From the NCBI GenBank assembly GCA_963807275.1, contig CAWDZX010000001.1, positions 1,614,724 to 1,678,723 of the forward strand: a stretch of DNA of 64,000 nt. The letters run 5' to 3'. Position numbers and translations under genes: made by a program. The DNA is from an uncultured Solirubrobacteraceae bacterium. GTDB lineage: Bacteria; Actinomycetota; Thermoleophilia; Solirubrobacterales; Solirubrobacteraceae. Of the stretch, positions 18,066 through 28,836 are shown one piece after another; position 1 is the stretch's first letter; every line of letters starts with the position of its first letter. Under the pieces are notes generated by a model that was not told where the DNA came from, did no database searches, and saw only the letters and a program-made list of their open reading frames with translations.

Positions 18066-18749
18066 CTATGTGTGGGGGGTGGCATGGTCATAGGTCGGTC
18101 CTGACATCTCTTCCGACGCGTGCTCGTCCACCGGGACGCCCGATTCGGCGATCTGCATCAACGTCCGCAATCTGAGCCGCGCGCGCTGGGCGACCTTGCG
18201 GTACTTCTCGCGGGACCAGCCCGTGCGCGCGCAGAACTCGGCACATGCCTCGCCGGCGAGCTGCGAACCCAGTACGAGCCGTTGATCTGCGGAAAGTCGT
18301 GCGACGAGACTCCCGATCGTGCGCAGCTCGTGGCGAAGCAACACGACCGTCTCGACATCCGCGGCGCGATCGACGAGTTCGATGCGTGCTTCCGCGGCGC
18401 CTCCCAGCATGACGGCCTCCTCGAGCGCTGCCTGCATCGGGCTGCGGCCGCCGAGCGCGCGCCTGCGATCGCGGACGCGCGAGAGGAAGCGCAACTCGAG
18501 CGCGTTTGCAATGTGCAAAGCGCTGCTGAAGCCGGCACCTTGCCGGACCTGCGCAAGCAGCTCGAAAGTCGCTTGGCTGTAGGCGTCCTCGAGATCCTCT
18601 CGCCGCAGGCGGAAGCGATTCACACGCAAGAGCAACTCGCGTCGGGCGTGTGAAACGAGCGCGACCTCTTCGAGCAGATCGCGTAACCGTCGGCCGGCCG
18701 CGCGCCAGCCCTCGCGAGGCGCTCGTTTTTGCACACATCGGGTAGACAC
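18066..18749 (-). CDS. ECF-like sigma-70 factor (region 2 + region 4) heading the conjugation-like cluster
   Basis: EDLEDAYSQATFELL is region-2-like; LSADQRLVL...FCARTGWSREKYRKVAQRARLRLR is a region-4 HTH. Start uncertain. Confidence 0.6.
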   Translation of the reverse strand: MSTRCVQKRAPREGWRAAGRRLRDLLEEVALVSHARRELLLRVNRFRLRREDLEDAYSQATFELLAQVRQGAGFSSALHIANALELRFLSRVRDRRRALGGRSPMQAALEEAVMLGGAAEARIELVDRAADVETVVLLRHELRTIGSLVARLSADQRLVLGSQLAGEACAEFCARTGWSREKYRKVAQRARLRLRTLMQIAESGVPVDEHASEEMSGPTYDHATPHT

Positions 18750-18844
18750 ACAGCCATGTCGTCGGTGAGTGCCCGCAGACCCCCCTGCGAATTGCCCTGC
18801 GCATCGCGCGCAGGCAAGCGGGCAGACCCGTCGAATCGATCGCG

Positions 18845-19798
18845 ATGAGCATCACCGACCGCCTCCACGCGATCGATCGCCGCCAGCAGCAGACGCCTGG
18901 CGTGCGCTTCATCGCAGCCGTCTACAAGAAGTTCGCTGACGACCAGGCCGGTCAACTCGCAGCGCTGATCGCGTACTACGCGTTCGTCTCGATCTTCCCG
19001 CTGCTGCTCGCGTTCGTGACGATTCTCGGCTTCGTGCTCGAAGGCCATCCTGACGACCGTGAAAAAATCCTCCACGGCACGCTCGGGCAGTTCCCGATCC
19101 TCTCCGAACACCTCACGTTGAGCTCGCTCAAAGGCAGCGGCGTCGCGCTCGCGATCGGTATCGTCGGCGCTCTGCTCGCCGGGATGGGCGTGACGAGCGC
19201 GGCACAGAACGCGTTCAACCGGATCTGGCACGTGCCGTTCAAGGACCGGCCTAACTTCATCTTCTCGCGGCTGCGAAGCCTCGCCGTGCTCGCGATCCTC
19301 GGCACGCTGACGATCGTCTCGACGGCGGCAGCGGGCTTCGTCGGCGCGAGCTCGCACGGCGCGCTTGCGGTGATCGCCGGCGTGCTCGTCGCGTTCGCCG
19401 TCAACGTCGCGCTGTTCATGACCGCCTTCACACTGCTCACGGCGGCCGATGTGAGCTGGCGCGAATACCTCCCGGGCGTGATCGTCGCCGCGATTCTCTG
19501 GCAGCTCTTGCAACACCTCGGCGGCTTCTACGTCGACCATTCGCTAAAGCACACACAGGCGCTGTACGGCATCTTCGCGCTCGTGCTCGGCCTGCTCGCG
19601 TGGCTCTACCTCGGCGCGCAGCTCGTCATCTTCGCGGCCGAGGTCAACGTCGTCCGTGTCCGCAAGCTGTGGCCGCGCAGCTTCCTCTCCGATCCGCTGC
19701 TCGACGCCGACCGGCGCGCGCTGACTTCGTCGGCAGAGGTCGAGGAACGTGTCGAGCAGGAGAACGTCGAGGTCAGCTTCGACGATCCCTCCAAGTAA
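18845..19798 (+). CDS. YihY/virulence factor BrkB family membrane protein
   Basis: AALIAYYAFVSIFPLLL, AFNRIW, PGVIVAAILWQLL, YGIFALVLGLLAWLYLGAQLVIFAAEVN motifs. Confidence 0.92.
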   Translation: MSITDRLHAIDRRQQQTPGVRFIAAVYKKFADDQAGQLAALIAYYAFVSIFPLLLAFVTILGFVLEGHPDDREKILHGTLGQFPILSEHLTLSSLKGSGVALAIGIVGALLAGMGVTSAAQNAFNRIWHVPFKDRPNFIFSRLRSLAVLAILGTLTIVSTAAAGFVGASSHGALAVIAGVLVAFAVNVALFMTAFTLLTAADVSWREYLPGVIVAAILWQLLQHLGGFYVDHSLKHTQALYGIFALVLGLLAWLYLGAQLVIFAAEVNVVRVRKLWPRSFLSDPLLDADRRALTSSAEVEERVEQENVEVSFDDPSK

Positions 19799-19839
19799 CC
19801 AACGCGCGCGGCGGGTGCGAAACAACGGACGACGAACTG

Positions 19840-19869
19840 TTGACACTGTGTCGCTGGCGCGAGTACGTT
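19840..19869 (+). promoter_or_regulatory. Housekeeping sigma (SigA/HrdB-type) promoter of the lipase gene
   Basis: TTGACA-N18-TACGTT. Confidence 0.55.
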
Positions 19870-19956
19870 CGCTCTGAGGGTTGCATGGGGCCTAAGCCCG
19901 AGCGCGGGAGGCTCGGAGGTCCATCGCGGCCGAAAACACAGGAGTCAGGGGATCGG

Positions 19957-20898
19957 ATGTCGAGAATGAGATCGCTGCTGCTCGCAGTACTGCTGGTCGT
20001 CGCCGTCGGTGCCGTCGCGAGCACAAACGCGAGCGCAAGCCTTTACGTGCCGTACGGCAGCGGAGCAGTAGTCGAAGCCGCGTGGAACGAGACGTGGAAC
20101 CCCACAGCGCTGTCAGGTGGCAACAACAACTGCAAACCGACCGCCGCACACCCCTATCCGGTCGTGCTCGTGCACGCGACGTTCGCCGACGAGGGATCCA
20201 ACTGGGTCACGCTCGCGCCGCTGCTCGCGAACAACGGCTACTGCGTCTACTCGTTCAACTACGGCAAGACGATTCTCTCGGGGCTGCTCGGCAGCATCGA
20301 CGGTCTTGGCAACATCGAACACTCCGCCGAAGAACTGAGCTCGTTTGTCAGCGCCGTACTCAGCAAAACGGGCGCGTCGAAAGTCGACATGGTCGGCCAC
20401 TCGCAGGGCGGCATGATGCCGAATTACTACATCAAGTTCCTCGGTGGCGCGAGCAAGGTTCACACGCTGATCGCCCTCGCGCCGAGCAACCACGGCACGA
20501 CCGTCAGCGGGCTGACGACACTGATCGAAAAGTTCCCGTTTGCGACGCTGCTCGTGCCGACGTTCCTCGACGTGATCGGCGCTCCTTCGCTGCCGCAACA
20601 GGAGTCCGGCTCCGCGTTCGAGAAAAAGCTGTTCAGCGGCGGCGATACGGTTGCGGGACCGCGCTACGTCGTCATCGAGACGACGCACGACGAGGTCGTC
20701 ACGCCCTACACGAACGCCTTCCTCAGCGGGTCGAGCGTCACGAACATCACGATCCAGAACCAATGCCCGAAAGATCCCGTCGCTCACGTCGGCATGTTCG
20801 AGGACTCGCCGTCGCTGCAGAACGTGCTCAATCAGCTGAGCGCGAGCCCGAGCGGGTCGTTCTCGGCTGCTTGCTCGAACTACGGGTTGGGGGCTTAG
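19957..20898 (+). CDS. Secreted lipase/esterase (lipase class 2, alpha/beta hydrolase)
   Basis: Signal peptide; HPYPVVLVHATF, nucleophile elbow VGHSQGG, APSNHGTT, DEVVTP (Asp), VAHVGM (His). Confidence 0.9.
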   Translation: MSRMRSLLLAVLLVVAVGAVASTNASASLYVPYGSGAVVEAAWNETWNPTALSGGNNNCKPTAAHPYPVVLVHATFADEGSNWVTLAPLLANNGYCVYSFNYGKTILSGLLGSIDGLGNIEHSAEELSSFVSAVLSKTGASKVDMVGHSQGGMMPNYYIKFLGGASKVHTLIALAPSNHGTTVSGLTTLIEKFPFATLLVPTFLDVIGAPSLPQQESGSAFEKKLFSGGDTVAGPRYVVIETTHDEVVTPYTNAFLSGSSVTNITIQNQCPKDPVAHVGMFEDSPSLQNVLNQLSASPSGSFSAACSNYGLGA

Positions 20899-20931
20899 CT
20901 CCCCGCGCCAGGCGCGTCGATTCCGGTCGCC

Positions 20932-20959
20932 ACAGCCCTGCCCTCCGGGGCGGGGCTGT
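20932..20959 (+). terminator. Hairpin terminator after the lipase gene
   Basis: ACAGCCCTGCCC-TCCG-GGGCGGGGCTGT, 12-bp stem with one G-U pair. Confidence 0.65.
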
Positions 20960-21213
20960 AGCGCCATGCCGATGACGCAGCGCACTCAGCGCGACGGCGC
21001 GTCAAGCGACGGCAGCTCGCGTTACCTTCGTGTCCCAGGACCTTTGATCGCCTGCAGCCAGCGTTTGGCGATTCGGCCGGCCTTGTCGGCGCCCACGAGG
21101 ATGAAGCTTCGGCCTTCCGGCCTCGCGAAACCTGGAGGCGCAGTCTCAGAGACGCCTCGTGCCGGACGAGGCTTCTTCCGAGGCTTGTTGTCTTCAATGA
21201 TCATTGCTGAAGG

Positions 21214-21672
21214 TTAGCTCGCCAGACCGATCGTGCAACAAAGCACCTCGACTGCGAGCGCTAGACAACTGATCGTCAAGCAGTCGGCCAGCTGATCGAT
21301 CCTCCGGCTGTTGCGCTCCAAGTACGGCTCGATCCACCCCGTGGCCGCGCGGTACCCCTCGATGACATCGACCTCCTCAGCAGCGCTGTCCACGTCAGCC
21401 ATGAACTCCGCCCCGCCGAACGAAAGCACCAGCTCGTGCGGGAGAACGACCCAGATCGCGCTCCCAAAACAGAGCGCATACGAGATTGTCGCGAGCAGAG
21501 CCCAAATTGCGAGCGGTCCGCCGCTGACGCGCGCGGCGACGAGTGACGCCGCGATCGAAGCTGCCCCTAGGACCGTCCCGGCGGAGACCCTCAAGCCGGA
21601 CACCGCCCGCTCCTGCTCGCTGAGCACTCCCGACGACAGCTCAAAACTCAGCTGCTCGATCGAATCGGCCAT
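21214..21672 (-). CDS. Hypothetical 3-TM membrane protein
   Basis: 152-aa ORF with alternating hydrophobic segments; no recognised family. Confidence 0.55.
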   Translation of the reverse strand: MADSIEQLSFELSSGVLSEQERAVSGLRVSAGTVLGAASIAASLVAARVSGGPLAIWALLATISYALCFGSAIWVVLPHELVLSFGGAEFMADVDSAAEEVDVIEGYRAATGWIEPYLERNSRRIDQLADCLTISCLALAVEVLCCTIGLAS

Positions 21673-21949
21673 CGCACAGTTCTAAGCGGGACTTGGGATG
21701 AAACGCTCTGGCGGAGATCTCTTTCATGACGTAGCCCCGCCTGCGCCTGTATGACCTGGCCGCCTGCGGCGCAGCTACGGGCGGCGCATGCTGCGCCGCC
21801 CGGCAGGACCGCACATGTACGGTCGCTCTACTTACTTCAAGACTTGGCTCTACAGAGCCATCTCCGGCATCGTCCGTAAGTACTTGCGCGCGCAACCAAC
21901 GCGCGCTATACTAACTAAACTTTCGTAAGCTCATATGGAGCAATAACTG

Positions 21950-24425
<2,476 letters not shown>

Positions 24426-24442
<17 letters not shown>

Positions 24443-24749
24443 CCGCTGCCAACCCGTACCCGCGGAGGTCCGCCAGACGGCGGACCTCCTCGAGCGGCGC
24501 TGGCAGCTCTCGATCATCTACGCCGCGCTGAGCGGCGCGCTGCGCTTCAACGAGTTCGCCGAGGCCGTTGCCGGCATCTCCCCGCGAATGCTCTCCGAGC
24601 GCCTGCGCGACCTCGAGGGCGCCGGCCTTGTCGAGCGCACCGTCATTCCATCGAGTCCGCCAACCGTCGAGTATCGCCTGACCGAGCGCGGGCGCAAGCT
24701 GCAGCCGATCATCGAAGCGATGCGCGCCTACGCCGGCGAACCTGTCTAA
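24426..24749 (+). CDS. HxlR/DUF24 (MarR-like) winged-helix regulator
   Basis: RCQP...ADLLERRWQLSII...LRFNEF...GISPRMLSERLRDLE...PPTVEYRLTERG; overlaps the lon stop codon. Confidence 0.9.
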
Positions 24750-24873
24750 GACCAATCCCGATGGGCCGCGCTACCGAGATTCTCACGCGGAGCGTTGGTG
24801 GCGCTGATCGCACGGCGAGAAAGTCTCCCCTACGTAGTTCGCTCCGCCGCGGCATTCGGCAGTATGCCCGTAT

Positions 24874-25566
24874 ATGGGATATTGGAATGAGGCAAATGCG
24901 CGCAGAGTCTCTTACCTATTGGTTGCTGTTGCGGCAACTGTCGCAACTGTCGGGATCCTGAACGGCCTTGAGGCGGCAGCGCCTCTTGCGGCCGCAGCGG
25001 CTGCAGGAACATTTGCTTACAGAGTGTTTGCTCCTCGGCAGCAAACACTTGGCTGGATCGAAATTAGCGTTGTCCTTCTAGCTGCCGCATGTGCCGGATT
25101 CTGCTGTTGGACCATCGTGCTGTTGAAAGCTCGGCGCGCGACCTCCGCACACCAGGCTGGCAACGTCGGTAAAGCAACACGCGTTGAAATCGAAACCCCC
25201 ACACGAAATCAGGCGGTCGGCCAAGATCTTGACGGAATGCGCGGAACGATTACAGGACTAGCGCCGGGAGACACAGTCTGGCTAATGGTGCAAACGGTCG
25301 GAGAAGACAGCTACTACCCAGCGCAGTCTCCTTGCGCGTTCAAAGCGCCAGATGAATGGTCATGTCAACGTCTATACGTTGGGCCTCGGGGCTTCGACAG
25401 GCATCGTTATCGGATTCTTGTTCGGGTTCTGGACGGCCACACACAGCAAACGGTGATCAATGGCTGGGCGGCTGCGCTAGGTGCCCGACGCAAAACGGTT
25501 TCCTACGACCATCCCCTTGGCCGTCCCGTTAAGGACGTCATCGTGCACCGCTTCGGACCGGCCTGA
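24874..25566 (+). CDS. Hypothetical membrane-anchored protein with C-terminal Ig-like domain, atypical composition
   Basis: Three N-terminal TMs, then a beta-rich domain; visibly more A/T-ending codons than the flanking genes. Confidence 0.6.
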   Translation: MGYWNEANARRVSYLLVAVAATVATVGILNGLEAAAPLAAAAAAGTFAYRVFAPRQQTLGWIEISVVLLAAACAGFCCWTIVLLKARRATSAHQAGNVGKATRVEIETPTRNQAVGQDLDGMRGTITGLAPGDTVWLMVQTVGEDSYYPAQSPCAFKAPDEWSCQRLYVGPRGFDRHRYRILVRVLDGHTQQTVINGWAAALGARRKTVSYDHPLGRPVKDVIVHRFGPA

Positions 25567-25587
25567 AAGGCGCTATAGCCCGCCGGG

Positions 25588-27225
25588 TCACGCCGTACTA
25601 CCGGCAGGTCGCGCTATCCCATCGGAGTCCTCGCGCCAGTCGATCTCCGAGCTCGCCCCGACGAGCTGACCTCCGGCGCAGCTCTGCGCGTGGATCTCCT
25701 CTTCCTGCTTGCGCGGGTTGCGGATCCCGAGCCCGCCGACGATGCCGCCGAGCGCGACGAGCGCCGCGGCGATCACGAGGCCGAGGTGGAAGCTGTGCAG
25801 CGACGCGCCTTCGGCCGCCGTCGTCACGGCGTGCGCCTGTGCCGAGGACATCCCGTGCACGCTCGGGCGACCGAGCGGCAGCCGCTTCGCTTCGGCGACA
25901 GCCGCTTTCGCCGCACCGCCGAGCGCGACCCCCGAGAGCCTGCTGTCCATCGACGACGCAAACGACGACGCGATCGCCGCGCCGACGGCCGCCGTGCCGA
26001 GCAGCCCCGCGACGCGAGCGATCGCGTTGTTGACACCCGACGCGATTCCGGCCTCCTTCTCCGAGCCCGCGAGCACCGCCGCCGTCAGCGGCGCGACCGT
26101 CATCGACAGGCCAAGCGCGAAGATCAGCAGTGGCGGCAGCACTTCCGAGACGTAGTCCGCCTTGGCGCCCGTCATCTGGAACAGCAGCAGGCCGCCTGCC
26201 CCGATCAGCGGCCCAACGCCCATGAAGAAGCGCGGCCCGAAGCGATCCGCGAGCGCGCCGAAGCGCCGCGAGAGGAAGAACATGATCACCGTCACCGGCA
26301 ATGTCGCCAGGCCACTCTTCAGCGGCGAGTAGCCCCCGATCTGCTGCAGGAACAGGATCAGGAAGAAGAACACGATCGCAAGCCCCGCGTACATCGCGAA
26401 CGTCTCGACGTTGCCCGCCGAGAAGTTGCGCCTGCGAAACAGCACAAGCGGCAGCATCGGGTCCTTCGCGCGCGACTCGTAGAACGTGAACGCCGCGAGC
26501 AGCAGCGCGCCGGCGATCAACGGCCCCGCGACGGCCGCGCTCGACCAGCCCAGGCGCGGCTGCTCGATCAGCGCGAACACCGGCCCTCCAAGCCCAAGCG
26601 CGCAGAGCAGCGCACCCGTGTAGTCAACATGCCTGCTGCCGCGATCGCGCACCGCGCTCGGCGGGATCGCCGCGAGGATCAGCCAGACGCACGCCGCCGC
26701 GAGCGGCACGTTGATCACGAAGATCCAGCGCCACGAAGCGATCGCCAGGAGCTCGCCGCCCGCGAGCGGACCGAGCACGCCCGCGATCGCTCCCCACGCA
26801 GTCCACGTGCCGATCGCCCCACCGCGCTCAGACGCCGGAAACGTGTTGACGATCACCGCGAGCGAGCTCGGCACGAGCAGTGCCCCCGCGATCCCCTGCA
26901 GCGCACGCGCCGCGACGAGCACGCCGATCGACGGCGACACGGCGCACAGCGCCGAGGCGACGCCAAAGCCTCCGACGCCGAGCGCGAACACCTTGCGCTC
27001 GCCGTAGAGGTCGCCGAGCGAGCCGCCGACGAGGATCAGCGACCCGAGCGTCAGCAGGTAGCCGTTGACGACCCACTGCTGCGCCGCAAGGCCGCCGCCG
27101 AGCGCACGCTGGATCGTCGGCAGCGCGACGTTGACGACCGTCCCGTCGAGCAGCGCGATGCCCGAGCCGAGAATGCACGCGACGAGCGTGACGCGCTTGA
27201 CCATCGCATCGTCGCTGATCACCAT
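25588..27225 (-). CDS. MFS transporter, DHA2/EmrB-like (14 TM)
   Basis: LDGTVVNVALP, WVVNGYLL...GGSLGDLYGERKVF, WRWIFVINVPL motifs; start uncertain (27204-27318). Confidence 0.92.
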   Translation of the reverse strand: MVISDDAMVKRVTLVACILGSGIALLDGTVVNVALPTIQRALGGGLAAQQWVVNGYLLTLGSLILVGGSLGDLYGERKVFALGVGGFGVASALCAVSPSIGVLVAARALQGIAGALLVPSSLAVIVNTFPASERGGAIGTWTAWGAIAGVLGPLAGGELLAIASWRWIFVINVPLAAACVWLILAAIPPSAVRDRGSRHVDYTGALLCALGLGGPVFALIEQPRLGWSSAAVAGPLIAGALLLAAFTFYESRAKDPMLPLVLFRRRNFSAGNVETFAMYAGLAIVFFFLILFLQQIGGYSPLKSGLATLPVTVIMFFLSRRFGALADRFGPRFFMGVGPLIGAGGLLLFQMTGAKADYVSEVLPPLLIFALGLSMTVAPLTAAVLAGSEKEAGIASGVNNAIARVAGLLGTAAVGAAIASSFASSMDSRLSGVALGGAAKAAVAEAKRLPLGRPSVHGMSSAQAHAVTTAAEGASLHSFHLGLVIAAALVALGGIVGGLGIRNPRKQEEEIHAQSCAGGQLVGASSEIDWREDSDGIARPAGSTA

Positions 27226-27412
27226 CTGCTCACCGTACCGGGCCGCTCTGCCCGCGACAGCCCGCCGGCGCATCTCTCCGGCGAGAGCGGCAGCAACGTC
27301 CGTCCACAAGCTTTGCACCGCCGGCGCGCATCCTCGAAGATGAGCCCGTCCGAGCCGAGACGTTCACAGCCTCGCAACGGGCAGCTGGCGACGTACGGGT
27401 ACCTTCGATCTC

Positions 27413-27616
27413 ATGCAAGCGAACGAGCTCACCGTAAAACGCACCGCCCAGAACTACTGGGTCGTTCAGAGCGGCGCCGACGCCGTCGCCGGTGGAGTCA
27501 CGCGCCAAGCAGCCGAAGCAGAGCGCGAGCTGATGCGCAGGCTGCGCCGGCGCACAGCAGACATGCGCTCCGTCTCGCCCAGACGACCGCGCGTCATCGA
27601 GCGGCTGACTCGCTGA
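27413..27616 (+). CDS. Small hypothetical protein (67 aa)
   Basis: ORF-track ORF with host-like codon use, divergent from the MFS gene. Confidence 0.45.
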   Translation: MQANELTVKRTAQNYWVVQSGADAVAGGVTRQAAEAERELMRRLRRRTADMRSVSPRRPRVIERLTR

Positions 27617-27700
27617 CCCCCACGAGCAGCCGCTCGCGCCAAGAAGCTGCCCCGTCGCGCCTACGTAGTTTGCACGGATGCGTGCGCATCGGCCGGTCCT

Positions 27701-27727
27701 TCAAGTTTCTCGTCGTCGCGCCGATGA
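27701..27727 (+). promoter_or_regulatory. Sigma28 (FliA/SigD/WhiG)-type promoter of pilin 1
   Basis: TCAAGTTT-N11-GCCGATGA versus consensus TAAAGTTT-N11-GCCGATAA; ends 6 nt before the ATG. Confidence 0.75.
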
Positions 27728-27733
27728 GAGGGC

Positions 27734-28180
27734 ATGTTCTCTCGACTCCGCCAACACGCCGCCAATGACTCCGGCTTCACCCTGATCGAGCTCCTCGTAG
27801 TCATCCTGATCATCGGCATCCTCGCCGCGATCGCTATCCCTGCGTTCCTCAGCCAGACCAGCAAGGCAAACGACTCCGCCGCGAAGACACAGGTGGGGAC
27901 ACTGCAGACCACGATGCAGACCTACGCCACCGAACACTCCGGCAGCTTCGTCGGAGCGACGCTCGCCGAACTGCAGAAAATCGAGCCCATTCTGAAAGAC
28001 ACGACGACCGCGACCGCATCGGTCAACAAAGCCGAAGCCGAAGCTTTCGAAATCCAGTCCGTCGCGAAGGGCTCCGGCAACACCTACAAGCTGAAGAACG
28101 AAAAAGGCGCCATCACGCGCACTTGCATCACGGGCGGCACCGGCAACAACGGCGGCGGATGCGAAGGCGGCAGCTGGTAG
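27734..28180 (+). CDS. pilA: Type IV major pilin paralogue 1
   Basis: Class III signal SG|FTLIELLVVILIIGILAAIAIP with Glu5; C-terminal Cys pair D-region (C...C...W). Confidence 0.92.
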   Translation: MFSRLRQHAANDSGFTLIELLVVILIIGILAAIAIPAFLSQTSKANDSAAKTQVGTLQTTMQTYATEHSGSFVGATLAELQKIEPILKDTTTATASVNKAEAEAFEIQSVAKGSGNTYKLKNEKGAITRTCITGGTGNNGGGCEGGSW

Positions 28181-28256
28181 CGACCCGAGCTAGGCGGTAG
28201 CTGGCGCCCCCTCGGGGCCGGCCGTCGCCAACCGCGGCGCTCAGAAAACGCTGCGG

Positions 28257-28284
28257 TTTAGCTTCCCCGCTCCCTGACCGATGA
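28257..28284 (+). promoter_or_regulatory. Sigma28/WhiG-type promoter of pilin 2
   Basis: TTTAGCTT-N12-ACCGATGA, ending 6 nt before the ATG, as for pilin 1. Confidence 0.6.
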
Positions 28285-28290
28285 GACAAC

Positions 28291-28767
28291 ATGCTTCCTC
28301 GCATCAACCAAACCCTCAACAACCAGCGCATCCATCAGTCGTTCAGCAGCCAGCGTGGCTTCACCCTGATCGAGCTCCTAGTAGTCATCTTGATCATCGG
28401 CATCCTCGCGGCGATCGCCATTCCGGCTTTCCTGAGCCAGACGAGCAAGGCCAACGACTCCGCCGCAAAGACGCAGATCGGCACCCTGCAAACGACGATG
28501 CAGGCCTATGCGATCGAACACTCCGGCAGCTTCGTCGGCGCCACGCTCACGGAACTGCAGAAAATCGAGCCCGTGCTCAAAGACACCTCCACCGCGACGG
28601 CAGCTGTCGTCGGGACTCCCACAGCCGAAGGCTTCGAAGTCTCCTCGACTGCCAAAGGCTCCGGCAACGTCTACAAACTCAAAAACGAAAAAGGCGCCGT
28701 CACGCGCAGTTGCACGACGAGCGCGACCGGCAACAACGGCGGCGGCTGCACTTCAGGCAGCTGGTAG
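28291..28767 (+). CDS. pilA: Type IV major pilin paralogue 2 (tandem duplicate)
   Basis: RG|FTLIELLVV; mature N-terminus near-identical to paralogue 1; Cys pair. Confidence 0.92.
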   Translation: MLPRINQTLNNQRIHQSFSSQRGFTLIELLVVILIIGILAAIAIPAFLSQTSKANDSAAKTQIGTLQTTMQAYAIEHSGSFVGATLTELQKIEPVLKDTSTATAAVVGTPTAEGFEVSSTAKGSGNVYKLKNEKGAVTRSCTTSATGNNGGGCTSGSW

Positions 28768-28785
28768 GGCCGAGCGGCACAGCGA

Positions 28786-28808
28786 CGCGCGGGGCTGAGC
28801 CCCGCGCG
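28786..28808. terminator. Bidirectional hairpin between pilin 2 and the beta-helix gene
   Basis: CGCGCGGGGCT-G-AGCCCCGCGCG perfect inverted repeat. Confidence 0.6.
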
Positions 28809-28836
28809 CCACGCGCCTCTTAGCGCCGCGCGTTCC

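Noticed and set aside
17909-18091. 60-aa ORF between the sigma gene and the conjugation genes
   Set aside because: Low-complexity Arg/Pro/Thr composition with no recognisable features; the region is more plausibly regulatory.
21022-21204. 60-aa minus-strand ORF downstream of the 3-TM gene
   Set aside because: No SD or leaderless -10, no motif and atypical codons; cannot be supported as a gene.
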